64,000 nucleotides of DNA from an uncultured delta proteobacterium (GTDB taxonomy: Bacteria > Desulfobacterota > Desulfomonilia > Desulfomonilales > Desulfomonilaceae): assembly GCA_963789265.1 (NCBI GenBank), contig CAWBKB010000001.1, forward strand, positions 2,016,001-2,080,000, given 5' to 3'. The notes below the pieces were generated by a model. That model was given only the letters and a program-made list of their open reading frames with translations. It was not told the DNA's origin and did no database searches. Position numbers and translations under genes: made by a program. This document shows positions 27,272 through 38,331 of this stretch, piece by piece (within the stretch, counting starts at the first letter, position 1; every line of letters begins with the position of its first letter).

Positions 27272-28482
27272 TCACGAAACCGGATGCCGTAATTTCCACT
27301 CTTCGTTCACTTTTTTCCACAGATGCGGGGATCTGAACTTGTCGCATAACTCATGGAACCGGTCCGGTTTCAGGCCGACGTAGTCCATTACTTCGTTGAA
27401 ATACAGATCGGGAAACTCTCCATCAAAACGACGGACCAACGTAACGCCCTCTTCGCGGGTGAGGTGCTTGTTGCGAATTTCCTGCGAAGCGTCATAAGAA
27501 GCCCTGCCGAGACCGAACTTAATGTAGGTCGTGTAATAGTGCAAGTCGTCGATCTTGTCGTCGATGCTATTGTATTTGCTGTACGTGCCCTGCGATCGAA
27601 ACGGCCGGGCCTGAAAACCGGTATGCTCCGCTGCGTAATAATAAGCCTCCTGCGGAATCCATTTGACATAATACCCGAGGTAATGGACCTCTACAGGGAT
27701 TTCTTCCATCTCCTCGGCATCCAGCGGCAGGTAGGCCATAAGATCGGCCAGATTCAAGTCGTAGGTGTCCAACAGCTCCCGTATCGACACACCGCCAAGA
27801 TAGATCCCCTCGAGGTTCTGCATCGTGTAAAACGATTTGTCCCGCAAAGAAGTCCGGTTGTCCGCAATGGGATTTCCGTATTCCGCCTCATTCTCGCCGT
27901 AAAAGACTAGCGGAATTTTCCATTTCACCGCGATTTTCGGTCCGATGTTCTTTTTGGCCAAGAATAAAAGTCTGGAAAGGATGCAGCAGGTTCTCGATTC
28001 CAAGCCTTGTGAGAAGCCGGGCCACCTTCCCATTTTGCTTGAAGGCTATGTTGTCGAAACCTCCGACGGCTATCCAGTTGAGGTAGTTCTGCAGTCCGTA
28101 ATCGGTGTAAAGCAGCGGCGACCACGTGACTGTGAGGGGATGCATGCCGTACTTGTATTTCAACAAATGGGCGGCATACGCGCTGTCCTTGCCGCCGCTG
28201 CCGGGCAAGATGCAATCGTACTGTCCGTCGTTCCGTCGGTGTTTGTCGAGCAGTCTCAAAAGTTTCTTGTTCCCTCGCGTCCCAATCCGTTTGCTCTTTC
28301 TTTTCCGCGTAACGACAAGCGTCGCATAGCCCGTCTTCACCAATGCGCAAGGTCGGCGCCCTTCTGTCCGGTTTGTGCCTGAACTCCGGGTACGAGTTGG
28401 GTCGCTGATTAGACATCACACACCGTTTGCAAAAGACCACTTCACTAGGAAGCCCGTAATATGCTTCAAGATCTTCAGGCAT
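27272..28482 (-). CDS. N-acetyl sugar amidotransferase (WbpG/PseA/PtmG-like); frameshifts near 28264 and 27952
   Basis: CKRCVMSNQRP, CDAC, PP-loop SGGKDS, YGENEAEYG, KFGLGRA..DASQEIR. Confidence 0.88.
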
Positions 28483-28489
28483 TCTCCTC

Positions 28490-29202
28490 CTACTCCTGGT
28501 TCCCGCTATTTCCCAGCAACACCTTAAGCCGTTCGTACATTCTCAATCCGTCCGGACCACTTCGCTCGGGATGAAATTGAAAGGCGCATACATTTCCGCG
28601 TTTGAGGCTGGAACAGAATTCCAGATCGCCGTATTTACTTGTTGAGAGCGTAACCTCGGGATTCTGCGGTACTGCATAGAACGAGTGAACAAGGTACATG
28701 TGTACGTCCCGTCCCTTAAATCGTGCAAAGGAGTCCCAATCCAGGGGTCTCGTCGGTCCGCTGAGGATCCTTCTTGAGCTTGGAGGGGATTGGGCCGGAA
28801 GATACGGTTCCACCCGATCTGAGGAACTTTCAAAGGGCCACGCGGACCGTGGGGCTTCTCGAAGCGCACTACCGGGCCGTCTACGATACTCAGCCCTTTA
28901 TGCAGACCGAATTCCTGACTCTCGGTCATCAACAACTGTAGTCCAAGGCATATACCGATCAAGGGTTTTGCGGAGGCGGCCAAATCTTTGAGGGGCTCGA
29001 CCAAGTCCAGCCTGTGAAGCGAATTCATTGCATCGCCGAACGCTCCCACCCCGGGCAAGATCACTGCATCTGCGGAGAGAATATGCCTTTTCTCCGCAGT
29101 GATCAAAGCGCGTATGCCCACATGCTCGCAGGCATGTTGCACGCTGAAAAGGTTTCCGAGACCGAGATCGACTATGGCCAGTTGAGGTCCGCGATCGTCC
29201 AT
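28490..29202 (-). CDS. hisH: HisH-like glutaminase subunit of the amidino-modification module; frameshift near 28702
   Basis: GNLFSV, LPGVGAF, GICLG.QLL, VHSFY, QFHPERS. Confidence 0.88.
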
Positions 29203-29204
29203 GT

Positions 29205-30065
29205 TCAGTCCGACTTCTGAAAGCGGCAGTTCAGGCCGAGGTCGGTCAGATAGCCTTTGAGCTCCGGTATAGAAGCATCCTGAATCTTGGGTCCCGGGGC
29301 ACCCTTACGAAGAAACTCGATGTTGCCCTCATCGTGGAAGTCATCGCCGTTCGGTGGACGATGTCTAGCACAGTTGTAATGAAACATTGAAGCTATACTC
29401 ACTGCGTCCGCTTTTCCTTCGATCACCACATCTGCAACATGATTCGGAGCGCCTGCGCCTCCGGAGGCTATGACCGGTATAGAAACCGACTCCGCGATCT
29501 TCCTGGTGAGTTCCAGATCAAAACCTTTGCCTGTCCCTTCCATGTTTATTGAGGTCACAAGGAGCTCTCCGGCGCCAAGTTCGGTTGCTCGTAAAGCCCA
29601 TTCGAACGCGTCCAGCCCTGTCCGCTCTCGCCCGTAGTCCGTGTACTGCTCGTATGTGCCATCTGATTTTCTGATTGCCTCAATCGACACTACTATTGTC
29701 GACGAGCCAAAAGTGCGGGTCGCTTCTTCTATAAGAGCAGGCCGTCGTACTGCGGCGGTGTTTATGGCAACCTTGTCTGCTCCTGCTCTCAATGCTTCAC
29801 GTATGTCCTCTAAGTTCCTCAACCCGCCGCCTACAACCAAGGGTATAAAAATCTCTCTCGCGGTTCGTTGTATAATTTGATTGAGACTGTTCCTGCCGTA
29901 GAGGCTGGCAACCGCATCGATGTAAATCAATTCGTCCGCGCCGGTCTCATAATAGTGCCTGGCGAAGTATTCGGGTTTACCGAGCACGCGAAGGCCCTCG
30001 AAATTGATGCCTTTCACCAAATTGGGCCCTTTGATGTCAAGTCGAGGTATAATGCGAACGTTCAC
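29205..30065 (-). CDS. hisF: HisF-like protein (AglZ/HisF2 type) of the amidino-modification module
   Basis: IPRLDIK, VKG, GGG, GADKV, GAGELL, ASGGAG; located inside the sugar cluster. Confidence 0.88.
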   Translation of the reverse strand: MNVRIIPRLDIKGPNLVKGINFEGLRVLGKPEYFARHYYETGADELIYIDAVASLYGRNSLNQIIQRTAREIFIPLVVGGGLRNLEDIREALRAGADKVAINTAAVRRPALIEEATRTFGSSTIVVSIEAIRKSDGTYEQYTDYGRERTGLDAFEWALRATELGAGELLVTSINMEGTGKGFDLELTRKIAESVSIPVIASGGAGAPNHVADVVIEGKADAVSIASMFHYNCARHRPPNGDDFHDEGNIEFLRKGAPGPKIQDASIPELKGYLTDLGLNCRFQKSD

Positions 30066-30090
30066 TGGTGAACCTGATGCATCGCTTTGT

Positions 30091-30768
30091 CTACGAGCCC
30101 GATATCTTCGCTGGGATTACTGTCGGCCTGGCTGGAACGCCCAAGACCATGGTACGAGGAGGGACATCTTCCACCACCACCGCGCCGGCACCTACAATTG
30201 CTGCCTCGCCTATGGAGATCAACTGTCTGACAGCAGCTCCGCACCCAATGTGAGCTTCGGCGCCAACCCGCACTGTGCTGGCCAGTACAGCGCCGCTGGC
30301 CACATGGACATGATCGCCGATCACGCAATCATGCTCAACCACGGCACCACTGTTGACTATGACATTGCGACCGAGTTTCGCACCCGTGTTCACAATGCAT
30401 CCCGGAAGCAATTGGCAGCCTGCACCGATTTCAGCCCACGGGGAACAAAGTGACGTCGGGTGTTTAATCGTCAGCGGACGCAAGCCCTTAGAAATCCCAT
30501 GTTGAAAAAGTCGCTTGCGGGGCCGATTGTCACCCACTGCACCGACACCTACAACAAAGAATCCCGCCCCGTCTGCTATGACTTCCGGCAAAATTGAATC
30601 GTCGCCGAGAATTGGAACATCCAGCAACCTTTGGCCCCATCGGGAACTATCCTGGTCGAGAATAACCAAAGATAACCGGGAATTATTAGTTCGCAAACTT
30701 TCGATTAAGACCTTTGCGTGACCGCCTCCCCCGAATATCACGCACAGATTCGTTGAATGTACCGGCAT
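30091..30768 (-). CDS. NeuD/PglD/LegH-family acetyltransferase
   Basis: GGGGHAKV, hexapeptide repeats, EHDC, GVPAR. Confidence 0.88.
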   Translation of the reverse strand: MPVHSTNLCVIFGGGGHAKVLIESLRTNNSRLSLVILDQDSSRWGQRLLDVPILGDDSILPEVIADGAGFFVVGVGAVGDNRPRKRLFQHGISKGLRPLTIKHPTSLCSPWAEIGAGCQLLPGCIVNTGAKLGRNVIVNSGAVVEHDCVIGDHVHVASGAVLASTVRVGAEAHIGCGAAVRQLISIGEAAIVGAGAVVVEDVPPRTMVLGVPARPTVIPAKISGS

Positions 30769-30778
30769 TTGATAAGTC

Positions 30779-31828
30779 TCAATCCAGGAGATCCAGAGTG
30801 ATGACCGAGTTCACACCAAGATCCAGGCGGGTCTTGCGCCCTATTATCTTCGCCATATAAGTGGGCGCCAGCCCTCCGGAGCTGCGGCGCAGGGTCAGAT
30901 CTTCAGCCACGATGGTCCGACCCGCCGGAATCGGCCGGGCCGCCACGACAAATTTTCTCGCAACGAGTCTCATCCGGAGTTCTGAAGGCGTCGGCACTTT
31001 GACTCCATCCCCCAGTGCGCTCTCTACCACACGAACCGCTTCAACCATAGAAGCGAATTCAACAGGATTTAAAGAGGCATTGTGGTCCGGTCCCGACATA
31101 GCCCGGTCGAGGGTCAGGTGCTTCTCGATGAGTCGTGCGCCCCTGGCTACGGCTGCCAGAGTAACTTCAAAGCGGGGTGTGTGATCCGAAAATCCCACCG
31201 GATAGCCGAAAGTCTGCGCCAGAGTATCCATAGCCCTGAGGTTGCACCACGCAGGCTGAGCCGGGTAATCCGACACGCAGTGTAAGAGGATCAATTCGGC
31301 GTTGCCGGTCCTCTCGATGGTACGGACTGCTGCTTCCACCTCGGCGAGATAGGCCATACCCGTGGAAAGTATGACCGACTTGCCCTTAAGCGCCACTCGT
31401 CGGAGGAAAGCCAGGTTCGCAACATCTCCGGACGCAATCTTGAAGCACGGGAGGCCGAGATCTTCGAGGAAATCTGCGCTGTCATCATCGTGAGGAGTTG
31501 AAAGGAAAAGAATGCCATTGCTGTCAGCATAGCATTTCAATTCGGTAAACTCGCCCTGACTCAATTCCAGTTGTTTAAGCATCTCGTACTGGCCTAAATG
31601 GTCGGGGACGTTACGGCGTTGATAATCGGCCATCTCAGCTTCAGGCGTGGCAAGTTTATCGGCCCGGAACGTCTGAAATTTGACCGCATCGGCGCCGACA
31701 TTCAGCGCCGCATCAACTAGCTTTTTCGCGGTCTCAACATCCCCGTTATGGTTGACCCCGGCTTCGGCAACGATAAAACAGCGTTCATCCGGGCTTATTC
31801 GAAATGCTCCGACATTAACCGACTTCAT
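30779..31828 (-). CDS. neuB: Nonulosonic acid synthase (NeuB/LegI)
   Basis: AEAGVNHNGD, KFQTF, LSTGM, LHCVSDYP, GFSDHT, EKHLTLD, C-terminal SAF domain. Confidence 0.93.
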   Translation of the reverse strand: MKSVNVGAFRISPDERCFIVAEAGVNHNGDVETAKKLVDAALNVGADAVKFQTFRADKLATPEAEMADYQRRNVPDHLGQYEMLKQLELSQGEFTELKCYADSNGILFLSTPHDDDSADFLEDLGLPCFKIASGDVANLAFLRRVALKGKSVILSTGMAYLAEVEAAVRTIERTGNAELILLHCVSDYPAQPAWCNLRAMDTLAQTFGYPVGFSDHTPRFEVTLAAVARGARLIEKHLTLDRAMSGPDHNASLNPVEFASMVEAVRVVESALGDGVKVPTPSELRMRLVARKFVVAARPIPAGRTIVAEDLTLRRSSGGLAPTYMAKIIGRKTRLDLGVNSVITLDLLD

Positions 31829-32540
31829 TTCGGTAGCGATCCTTTAAGATCAAATCCGCCAGGTACAGGTCCCAGGGAGTGTCGATATCCAGCGACCGTT
31901 CGGGTGGCATGATAAACGAAAAGGTGTTGTCCGTGTCAAATGTTTCTCGTTGCATCAATATTTCGTAACGAGCCAAGTAAAGGGCTCCGTTTAGAACATA
32001 CAGTGGAGGCAAGTCCTGACGCCGCTCCATTGGCTGATCCAGCTTTATGAAATCCGTCATGCGACCGTCATCATGTATCCGCTTCATCCAGTAAGGGTGG
32101 GCCTCAGCCGGTGTGACGCTCACGACGGCATCCGCGTTTTTCTCGACAGCCAAAGTAATAGCGTTATCAATGTCTTCGGATACTCGTAGTGGTGACGTTG
32201 CTTGGAGAAGCATTATGAAATCGGGCCGATAACCTTCATTTTCTTCCAGCCACCGGGCTGCGTGCAAAACTGGCGCTACGCCCGGTGTGTCATCCTGCGC
32301 GAGATTCTCCGGGCGCATGAATGGTGCCTCAGCGCCGTATCGAAGCACAACCTCGATGATCTCATGTGAATCTGTGGAGACGATCACGCGATCGAGAAAG
32401 GTGGCTGCAAGTGCAGCTTCAATTGTCCATGCAACAAGAGGCTTGCCTGCCACCGGCCTCAAGTTCTTGCCGGGTATTCCCTTCGAACCACTGCGAGCTG
32501 GTATGATAGCTACACAGACAGGTCTCGTTGTCTCAACCAA
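31815..32540 (-). CDS. neuA: Acylneuraminate cytidylyltransferase (NeuA/LegF)
   Basis: IPARSGSKGIPGKN, VSTDS, LQATSPLR, NGALY, DIDT. Confidence 0.92.
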   Translation of the reverse strand: MVETTRPVCVAIIPARSGSKGIPGKNLRPVAGKPLVAWTIEAALAATFLDRVIVSTDSHEIIEVVLRYGAEAPFMRPENLAQDDTPGVAPVLHAARWLEENEGYRPDFIMLLQATSPLRVSEDIDNAITLAVEKNADAVVSVTPAEAHPYWMKRIHDDGRMTDFIKLDQPMERRQDLPPLYVLNGALYLARYEILMQRETFDTDNTFSFIMPPERSLDIDTPWDLYLADLILKDRYRNEVG

Positions 32541-32951
32541 GTGAGTCCCCTTGTTTTATTCGCAACTCCCAATTTCCGTTATAATCTCCCTAAACTGATT
32601 TGAGTCCATAGCAACAGCGGACGTTGTCAGCATCTTGGAGGTTGGATAATTCCGTACAGCTCCGCTTTGGTCCTAAGCTATTAAGTCTCTGATATTCCAA
32701 CCGTTGTCCTAAGATCTATCTAAACGGCCTCGACTCGTTAGCTTCAGGTGGTGCATAGTTAGTGACTATGTTAGCGATTATACTATCCCCAAAGCAAGCG
32801 GGCAAGCAACTGTGCGTTCGAATGCGTTATAATGACTTTGAAGTTTGAAAGCAGGTAAGATGAATTTGATATAGGATCGGTACGGATCGGAGCACGCTCG
32901 TTTCGAATATGCCGACATCCTATAACGGCCGCCGTAGGGCCGCCCATAATC

Positions 32952-32981
32952 TTGACATTATGGCGTGGCGGATGCTATTTT
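32952..32981 (+). promoter_or_regulatory. Sigma70-type promoter for tRNA-Met
   Basis: TTGACA ... TGcTATTTT just upstream of the tRNA. Confidence 0.55.
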
Positions 32982-32991
32982 CAATCCGTAT

Positions 32992-33068
32992 GGCGGTGTA
33001 GCTCAGCAGGTTAGAGCATGCGGCTCATATCCGCAGTGTCCGGGGTTCAAGTCCCTGCACCGCCACCA
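32992..33068 (+). tRNA. tRNA-Met(CAT), elongator type; integration target
   Basis: GGCGGTG/CACCGCC acceptor stem, GCGG-CTCATAT-CCGC anticodon arm, GTTCAAG T-loop, encoded CCA. Confidence 0.93.
33039..33068 (+). repeat. Left att core (30 bp)
   Basis: TCCGGGGTTCAAGTCCCTGCACCGCCACCA, identical at 48190-48219. Confidence 0.95.
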
Positions 33069-33118
33069 CTTAACCATAGAATATAACGAGACTATCACTC
33101 CTCCCTACCCCCGAATAG

Positions 33119-33138
33119 TTGTGTGCAAATTGTGTGCA
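33119..33138 (+). repeat. Tandem TTGTGTGCA pair, probable integrase arm sites (second pair at 48117-48136)
   Basis: Same 9-mer doublet with 11-bp period, ~50 bp inside both att sites, in the same orientation. Confidence 0.75.
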
Positions 33139-33205
33139 GATCCTCTGTGATGGGAAATCAGACGGGGAACACGTAAATATATGGGACGTGGTTCCCGTAA
33201 AAATC

Positions 33206-33305
33206 GGTCCACTCGGTCCATTCGGGACTTTTGTTGTAATTTCGAGGGATTGCCGAAATTTAAAGCGGTCCACAAGTGGTCCACTTGGGGGGTAAAGTGG
33301 TCCAC
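33206..33305 (+). repeat. Left GGTCCAC iteron-like array (5 copies)
   Basis: Copies start at 33206, 33215 (GGTCCAT), 33267, 33278, 33299. Confidence 0.85.
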
Positions 33306-33317
33306 TGCTTGATTTTA

Positions 33318-34484
33318 TTACTGATTTGACTTTTTCAGGGGGGTGACAGTTGCTTTTCTTTGAATTGATCGAAGTGCGTTAACTTCCAGGTGGGAATATC
33401 GCTTGGTCTGCTCAAGATTGCTGTGCCCCAAAAACTTGGAGACTTTGTAAAGGGATTGGCCGTCGTTCACTGCTTGTGAGGCAATACTGTGGCGCGTGCC
33501 CTGATATAAGGTGATGTGAGCAACCCCAGCTTTTTCACGGGCTGCGTTCCATTGGTTCCTGCACCAATTCCGACCATGAGGCTTACCGGTCGAATCGCAA
33601 AAGACAAATCCCTCGGCATCCACATGGCGCGGTCTCGTCAAATAGAGTTCTTTCCAATTGGGGTCGAGAGGAACAATGCGAATTCGCTTTGACTTGGTAA
33701 ACGGCCGCAGGTCGTTATCAGCGAAGGCCCGCTGTATAGTCACTAGATCATTTTTTAAGTCGATATCGTGATGCTGAAGGGCTCGGGTCTCTCCGGGCCT
33801 CGTTCCGTGCGTAGCTGAGAAGAGGATCATAAGGTGCGCGTCAGCGGTCAGGTTCGCAAAGATAAGGTCCTGTGTCTCGACGTCCGCCCACTTCCACTCC
33901 GGGTCCGGCAGAGTACTTGCCCTGAATTCCATCGGGAACTTGGGGATTGCCTGTATAACCTCTTCCTCGTACGCATCCTTGAAGATCTTGTGAAGGGCGC
34001 TCATGATATTCCAGAGGCTTTTGGGGGAGTAATCAAGCGACAGGTAGAATTGTTTCAGGTCGCGCCCGCGGATCTCTGTAATGGGCTTCTCCTTGAAGTA
34101 GGGAAGGAATATGTTGCGCACGTAGTTCCTGAGCGAGCCCAAGTAGGTAATTGACAACTCATTCCGATCTTTGCGACGCTGGCAATTGCTCAGCCACTCT
34201 TCTGCGTAGACGGAGAAGCTGTGGAGTGATTTTTTCGTCTTGGAATAGAAGTCCGGGTCGAATGTCCCGCTTTGTATCTCGCCTGTTATTTGCGCCAGGG
34301 TATATTCGGCGTGCTCACGACTGTGAAAACTTCTGTGTTGCTTGTCGGCCCAGATCTCAATTCCGCCTGACAGACGGATTTTCCAGCGGTTGCCCCGATT
34401 CTTGTACACCTTCCCCAGAGCAGGCATTGTCCACACCTCCGGCGTTTGGGGGAAAGCATACTTTGTTTTTGACTTTGGGGGCAA
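33318..34484 (-). CDS. int: Tyrosine recombinase / phage integrase
   Basis: GTRPGE, TKSKR, YQGTRHS, LGHSN..TKRY; adjacent to the tRNA att site. Confidence 0.93.
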   Translation of the reverse strand: MPPKSKTKYAFPQTPEVWTMPALGKVYKNRGNRWKIRLSGGIEIWADKQHRSFHSREHAEYTLAQITGEIQSGTFDPDFYSKTKKSLHSFSVYAEEWLSNCQRRKDRNELSITYLGSLRNYVRNIFLPYFKEKPITEIRGRDLKQFYLSLDYSPKSLWNIMSALHKIFKDAYEEEVIQAIPKFPMEFRASTLPDPEWKWADVETQDLIFANLTADAHLMILFSATHGTRPGETRALQHHDIDLKNDLVTIQRAFADNDLRPFTKSKRIRIVPLDPNWKELYLTRPRHVDAEGFVFCDSTGKPHGRNWCRNQWNAAREKAGVAHITLYQGTRHSIASQAVNDGQSLYKVSKFLGHSNLEQTKRYSHLEVNALRSIQRKATVTPLKKSNQ

Positions 34485-34883
34485 CTATTTTTCCGTTTTT
34501 GATTGCTCGCGGGAAAGTTCGCGCTCTAACCAAGCCAGATACTCGGGGAGCTGTTGATCCGTCAAACGCAGACCGGTTGCCTTGTGGATATTGCTCCTGA
34601 GCCTCTTAAACTGGCGTTTAAACCTGTAGTGTTGGCGTATTCGGCGGACACTTCCCTTGATCCACGCCAAGGGGCCTTGAGCGGGACACCAGCCCGGTAG
34701 TCGCAATATCTTGGCGAGGGCTTCCACCTGCACGGTAAGCCAGTGGTGAACAGCCCAGCCGTTTGGATCTCCCGATTCGCTGGACAGATAGGCTGGGTAT
34801 CCCAACAGCCGGGCCGCATCCCACGCGACCGCGGTGAGAAATGATTTGAACAACGACCATGCAAATTTCAGCCAGTCTCTCAT
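34485..34883 (-). CDS. Hypothetical protein
   Basis: ORF abuts or overlaps its neighbours in the operon. Confidence 0.55.
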   Translation of the reverse strand: MRDWLKFAWSLFKSFLTAVAWDAARLLGYPAYLSSESGDPNGWAVHHWLTVQVEALAKILRLPGWCPAQGPLAWIKGSVRRIRQHYRFKRQFKRLRSNIHKATGLRLTDQQLPEYLAWLERELSREQSKTEK

Positions 34884-35164
34884 AGGTTTTCCCTCTCTTC
34901 CGAATAGCAGATGCGGCGCATGATATAATCAGCAGCTTCCCGTTGCGCCGGCGTAATTGGTCGTGGAACCGGATGCGCCCTTAGTATTTTCTCGAGTGCA
35001 CGTAGGGCAACGACGACCGTTTCAGCGGCCCGAACTGCCTTAGCGCCGGCTTCGGGTGCGTACCAATTTTCAACGTCGTGCATTAAAGATTCCGCTTCAC
35101 TTTGCAGTTGCCGAACCTTATCTATGATCTTTCGGAATTCTCCGCACGTATACCCGGGAGTCAT
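34880..35164 (-). CDS. Hypothetical protein (MTPGYTCGEF...)
   Basis: ATGA overlaps with both neighbours. Confidence 0.6.
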   Translation of the reverse strand: MTPGYTCGEFRKIIDKVRQLQSEAESLMHDVENWYAPEAGAKAVRAAETVVVALRALEKILRAHPVPRPITPAQREAADYIMRRICYSEERENL

Positions 35165-35640
35165 GCTGACCTCGCTTCCAATCGGGATTGATGATCTCGC
35201 CAAAACCTCAACAAAATGCTCTCGCAGAGTGTTGCCGCAACTTCCTGGCTCCCAGCGAATAAGAAGGGTATGGCATATCTGTGCTGTAGCGCCACCACGG
35301 ATTCCCAGGCGCTCCTGGGGTTCATTTGGCTGCGGTAATTGCCTTGGAGTAGATCTGAATACCGGGCTTCCACGACCACATAGAAATGCAGGATGGACGC
35401 GGCCCGCTCCAATTCTCTCGTGAACCGTTCGCGGGAGACGGTTAAACAGCCGATCAAATCGTCCAGGGTTTTGCGTTCGATTGAAACCCAGCTTTGGAAG
35501 CCGTCCAGCGAATAATCGCCAGTCGGAAGGCACGTCCGGACGGTTGGCAGAGAAAAGTAATTTTCCCATGGCGCGGGGTCCGGTTCCCGCGTATCAATCA
35601 AGAAAAGCGGCAGAGGTTCGCTCTTGGCCATGCTACTCAC
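35161..35640 (-). CDS. ERCC4/XPF-domain nuclease
   Basis: IDTREP, LPTGDYS, IERKTLDDL, VVVEA. Confidence 0.85.
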   Translation of the reverse strand: MSSMAKSEPLPLFLIDTREPDPAPWENYFSLPTVRTCLPTGDYSLDGFQSWVSIERKTLDDLIGCLTVSRERFTRELERAASILHFYVVVEARYSDLLQGNYRSQMNPRSAWESVVALQHRYAIPFLFAGSQEVAATLCESILLRFWRDHQSRLEARSA

Positions 35641-38085
35641 CCCTGTGCCGACTTAAATTGAGCGCAACTGGTAGCGTCCCGTCTCTCCACTGGCTTGGGG
35701 CAACACCACTCAAGATCACACTGGCTACACGCAAGACTTTGCTTCCCGAAATTACCAGGCACCACGTTGTCCGCTTGGCCTTCGGCCCTCAGTCCTATGC
35801 CGCGCCAAACCTTGACCCGAGCGCTTGCGGGGCCTACTTTGCCCTTTATAATGCCCGCTCTGCCTAGAAGATTTTCGTTGAACGGCGCACGCTTCAAGGG
35901 CTGCTCTCGCACATCCTCACAATGTGACTGATACGCCTTGTAAAGCTCCGAAACGGGTACAGTCGCGGAGATGTGGACCACACAATGCTTGTCCAGGAAA
36001 TCGCCTAGTTTATCGGCGTCTTGCCGGTAATCAGCAACTGCCAACTTGACCTTCTCGGGAGGATTGAGGCCGCTCTGTTGCCACTGCCGAAGCCCAGTCA
36101 GCATCCAGTTTAAAATGCCAGGCGCTTCGGCCTTCAGTTTGTCACCCAGAGTGACATCCTTATCCTCTCCCTCGAATTGCCGGGTAAATGGAATAAGTTG
36201 CGGGCGCCTCCAAAACGCCTCAGACGCGTCCCGCACTTCTGGTCGATTGTTCGCGCAAATGAAGACTTTGGCTTCAGGAGTAAACTCGAAAAATTCCCTG
36301 CGCAAAAAGCGAGCAGTAACCTTACCGTCTCCAGAGACTTTCTTGATAGTTTCGGCGTCGAATCGTTTCCCCTTCGGTTCAGAGGCAGACACGAACCGAG
36401 CGCCCCGGAGTCTGGCCAGGTCATTGCGAGGCGAATCGTCGTTTCTGCGCTCCATGAATGTGGCGGCGGGCGTATCAATAGCGTAGTCCCCCAATACCGC
36501 AGAGATGGTGTTTACAAGCACGGATTTGCCGTTACTGCCTTTTCCCCAGAGAAAAAACCAACATTGTTCGGTGGTCAGCCCGGTAAGGGCGTAGCCCAAC
36601 ACCCGCTGCATATAAGCGGTTAATTCGGCGTCGCCTTCGGTAATCTCTGTGATGAATTGATCCCACCGCGGGCAAACGGCCGCTGCGTCATAGTCAACAG
36701 GCGCTACCCTCGTAATGAGATCATTTGGCGAATGTGGTCGTAACTCGCCGGAGGCAAGGTCAACGGTGCCGTTCCTCACGTTCAAGAGCAAGGGGTTAGT
36801 ATCAAACACGTCTGGGAGTACACTGATTTCCTGCTCAGACGGGAGTAGCTGAATCATGGCGTTGATCTTGGAAACGCTCTCGCACTTCCGGGCGAACTTA
36901 GTCAGAGCTTCTTGCTGGTCCTTGTCCGTCAGATTCGCCGCTTCGCCGTGAAGTCCCCTTACTACGTCCTTGGCAGCGGCCTGAACCCGTGAAAGTTGAT
37001 CCTGCGCCCATCTAGTTCCGTCATAATGGTACCATCCTCCCAACTGTCCGCAGAACTTGATTTTGCCTTGAACAGCAGCGGCCAAGCGCTCAGCGTTTCC
37101 CATGTCGCTGAGGTGGTGGGAATCAGACTTGCCCTTTTCTTGAGCCTGGCGCCGGCGCTCGGCACGAATTGCCGATACGAATTCGTACTCCGGGGTCTCT
37201 TCCGCCAAATAAAGCAACGTGTAATATGTCCCCTCGCGACCCTCCTTCTCGAGGAAATCAGAGAGGTCCCCCCCTTCGGGCAGGTTGGGCAGGTTCAGGA
37301 TTTTGACGCTTTTCGCAAATCCGTGGAGGGTATCAGCTACCGCTCGGGCGTGACTCTGACCCGGTTCGTCATTATCGGGGATGATCCATACTACGCGATC
37401 TTTGAGAGGCTCGTGAATCGCATATTTTTTGACCAGGCCCGGCCATTTACTGCCATGCCGGTCAGCGCCCTGCGGAGGCGTCGTGGCCACAAATCCGAGA
37501 GACCGGGCCGCCAGAAACATCTTTCTCTCCTTCGACTACGAGAACCGGCTTTTCCGGATCCGCGGCCAACAACTCCGGCAGCCCGAATAGGACGCGAGGG
37601 ATGCCGTTTAGATCCCAGGCCCAACCGTCCTTGCCCTTTGGGTCCGGGCGCCGCACGGGGAAATCTCCTTTTGGGTCCGTCCTGCATACCTCATAGAGCA
37701 ATTTTCCTGACTCATCGTGGTACGGGTAGGTCGCGATGATCCTGGCGTACTGCTTCCGTTTTTTCTTGGAAGTTTTTCCTTTATCCGGCTTGGGCTTCCC
37801 GGCCCCTTCAGCGATCCAATTGCAGGCGTCCAGAAATGAGCACTCTTTGGCCGCCATAACGAATCCGATGGGGGGGTAATGCGTATTGCTGGAAAAATCA
37901 TGAGCGTGGTCTTCGTAGATTTTGAGGCTTTCAGTGCTCTCTGATGGATTCTCGATGCTCTTTATAAATCCGCTCGCATTAGGCTCTTTCCCCAGGCGAC
38001 GGCATATCTCGGGCAGGGAAATCAACTTATTGTAATAGTCGGTATTGACTTTGGAGTTCGCGTCAGGTAGGCTCTGATCTGACAT
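35637..38085 (-). CDS. Toprim primase fused to a P4/D5-family SF3 helicase; +1 frameshift near 37515
   Basis: VVEGEKDV, IIPDNDEPG, GGDLSD (Toprim); LSDMGNAER, NGTVDL, GKGSNGKS (Walker A), KKVSGDG, AFWRR. Confidence 0.9.
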
Positions 38086-38331
38086 TTATGGTTCCTCATA
38101 CTGCCCCGGCCGCCAACCGGGGTTTTGTTTATTTGGTTTTCGTTTCTCGGCCTTGAACTGTTTGGCCAGTACTAGCCACTCCGGAATGCTGCCTTCTGGC
38201 CAGTAAAATCGCCCGCGGGGGCTCACAAACGGAGTCGGAAATGCTCCTTGGTCCATGAGGATCAAAAGTTGCTCCACTGTGAGGTGCAACAAATCAGCGA
38301 GACCATGCACATCAATCCCGTTTGTCATCAT
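38086..38331 (-). CDS. AlpA/excisionase-like HTH protein
   Basis: Short winged-HTH with G.FPTP and W..GSI.EW pattern, upstream of the primase. Confidence 0.65.
   Translation of the reverse strand: MMTNGIDVHGLADLLHLTVEQLLILMDQGAFPTPFVSPRGRFYWPEGSIPEWLVLAKQFKAEKRKPNKQNPGWRPGQYEEP

Noticed and set aside
28490..30065. hisH/hisF as a histidine biosynthesis operon
   Set aside because: They sit beside the sugar amidotransferase with no other his genes, consistent with glycan-modification paralogs.
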